Positions 63,029-64,000 of a DNA stretch of 64,000 nt are shown here, one piece after another. The stretch spans positions 26,659 through 90,658 of the forward strand of contig DMST01000116.1 in the NCBI GenBank assembly GCA_003454975.1. Reading direction: 5' to 3'. The notes below the pieces were generated by a model. That model was not told the DNA's origin, searched no databases, and was given only the letters and a program-made list of their open reading frames with translations. Source of the stretch: Cytophagales bacterium. Its GTDB lineage: Bacteria > Bacteroidota > Bacteroidia > Cytophagales > Cyclobacteriaceae. Position 1 is the first letter of the stretch. Each line of letters starts with the position of its first letter. The translations under genes and the position numbers were made by a program.

Positions 63029-63339
63029 GGGATCAATGAATTAAGTTGGTTCATGAAAATTCGAGTGCCAAGATCAAGGCATTTCCAATGAAATGATTCA
63101 GCCCATCCACCAGGAAAGGGGTGTGTCTTTCACCCAAAAGTGCATTGGGTCATTTAACGGATAGGTTAGGGTAAATCACGATAAAAGGGAGCGTGGGTGC
63201 CCGTAGAGGGGCTTTCTCTACTGGATGGTTGCTGGGATTTGTGGCCTTGCCATATACCTGCCACCTTGAGGGCAATTGCTGGTCCTTTTCGAGGCTACAG
63301 CAAGGAATCAACCTAATGTTTAACCATCACTATTATATT

Positions 63340-64000
63340 ATGAGAAGGATAGCTTCCCCCATTCAGCTACTGATTGCAGGCCTGCTAATGGCCAATTTAT
63401 TGGTGTTCTGTTCCAACACTAGTCAAGAAGGCTCCGCAGATAAATGCCTGGCTGTAGGAAATGAGATGCCTACGTTTGTACCTATTGCTGAATATATTGC
63501 CAATACGAGTCGGTATAAAACAGAAATTGCCGATGTAGAAACCCGAAAGCTGGTGAGTATGAACAGCCTCTGGAACGACCAGGGGCCTAAGGCGGCCTCT
63601 CAGCATATTACTTTTACTATGGCCGAGTTGAAGGGGTTTATTTACAATGTAGAACAGCGGTATTTGCAGACCTACAACACCCTACCGCAAAACCTGAGTA
63701 TAACGTGGTCTTATGCCTTGTATGGCAGGGATGCTCATTATCCGTCCGGACATGCGGAATACAAGTCATTACAAACATTGTATGGTATGCCCAGTATCCT
63801 CACCGCCAAGGGGCCTTCGTTGTTGTACATTACGGATTCGGCTATTTTTCAGGAGGATGAGGTAGATGATGTAAATGAGGCCCAGTCGGCTTTTTTCTCT
63901 TTCCGTTCTACTGATGCTGACTCTACCTCTGGTTTAGACAAAGTAGGGGGTAAAGATGTCTACGCCATTACGTATGATCCCTTTAACCGTGGTGGACTTT
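63340..64000 (+). CDS. Hypothetical lipoprotein (partial, runs off the window end)
   Basis: Hand translation from ATG 63340 gives MRRIASPIQLLIAGLLMANLLVFCSNTSQEG... (lipobox LVFC). The frame stays open to position 64000. It is absent from the ORF track because it has no stop in the window. Confidence 0.6.
   Translation, partial: MRRIASPIQLLIAGLLMANLLVFCSNTSQEGSADKCLAVGNEMPTFVPIAEYIANTSRYKTEIADVETRKLVSMNSLWNDQGPKAASQHITFTMAELKGFIYNVEQRYLQTYNTLPQNLSITWSYALYGRDAHYPSGHAEYKSLQTLYGMPSILTAKGPSLLYITDSAIFQEDEVDDVNEAQSAFFSFRSTDADSTSGLDKVGGKDVYAITYDPFNRGGL

Noticed and set aside
1-64000. A visual search for CRISPR arrays, tRNA/rRNA/tmRNA genes, IS elements, integrases and recognisable defence-system genes (nucleases, helicases, STAND/AAA ATPases, TA pairs).
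   Set aside because: I saw no regularly spaced direct repeats, no tRNA-like T-arm/acceptor patterns, no transposase or recombinase motifs, and no defence-type domain combinations in any ORF. Small RNAs cannot be excluded without covariance-model searches.

Overview
This is a 64-kb chromosomal segment from a Bacteroidota genome, probably Cytophagia-like. The assignment rests on T9SS type-A and type-B C-terminal sorting domains, TAnnTTTG -7 promoter boxes, DUF3667, an L31 type B gene and a GlmU-like protein. All calls were made by eye from motifs in the supplied translations and from hairpins in the DNA; no searches were run.

Housekeeping genes: guaA, hemL, hutI, a cold-shock protein, IscA/HesB, SixA, a gamma-carbonic-anhydrase-like protein, rpmE2 and holB.

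Accessory blocks interleaved with them:
1. 1.6-11 kb: one 2539-aa fully reducing type I PKS (KS-AT-DH-psiKR-ER-KR-ACP-TE, FAS/MAS-like). It is followed by an Sfp-type PPTase and a translationally coupled small lipoprotein.
2. 23-38 kb: a cell-surface island. It holds a signal-peptide-bearing tail-fibre-like protein with a peptidase-S74 chaperone domain, co-oriented with a 1889-aa propeller/Ig-like/LamG adhesin (T9SS type A CTD). It also holds a small lipoprotein and a 1752-aa PKD-repeat protein (T9SS type B/CHU_C CTD).
3. 38-44 kb: an M61 peptidase and an orphan multi-PAS histidine kinase.
4. 44-52 kb: a lipid-oxidation/remodelling neighbourhood. It contains AlkB with a divergent TetR and a 10-bp palindromic operator candidate, a Kv-type K+ channel, YhhN lysoplasmalogenase, a DUF962/Mpo1-like protein, and an oversized 771-aa carotenoid-oxygenase-family enzyme.
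5. 52-58 kb: a three-gene phosphorelay (mega-PAS HisKA_2 kinase, REC-PAS-HisKA_3 hybrid kinase, NarL-type regulator).
6. 61-63 kb: a 623-aa cytoplasmic ORFan.

I saw no rRNA, tRNA, CRISPR array, transposase or integrase. The best candidate for an undescribed system is the stand-alone FAS-like PKS/PPTase/lipoprotein locus. The S74-fibre plus giant-adhesin operon and the atypical carotenoid-oxygenase-like enzyme come next.
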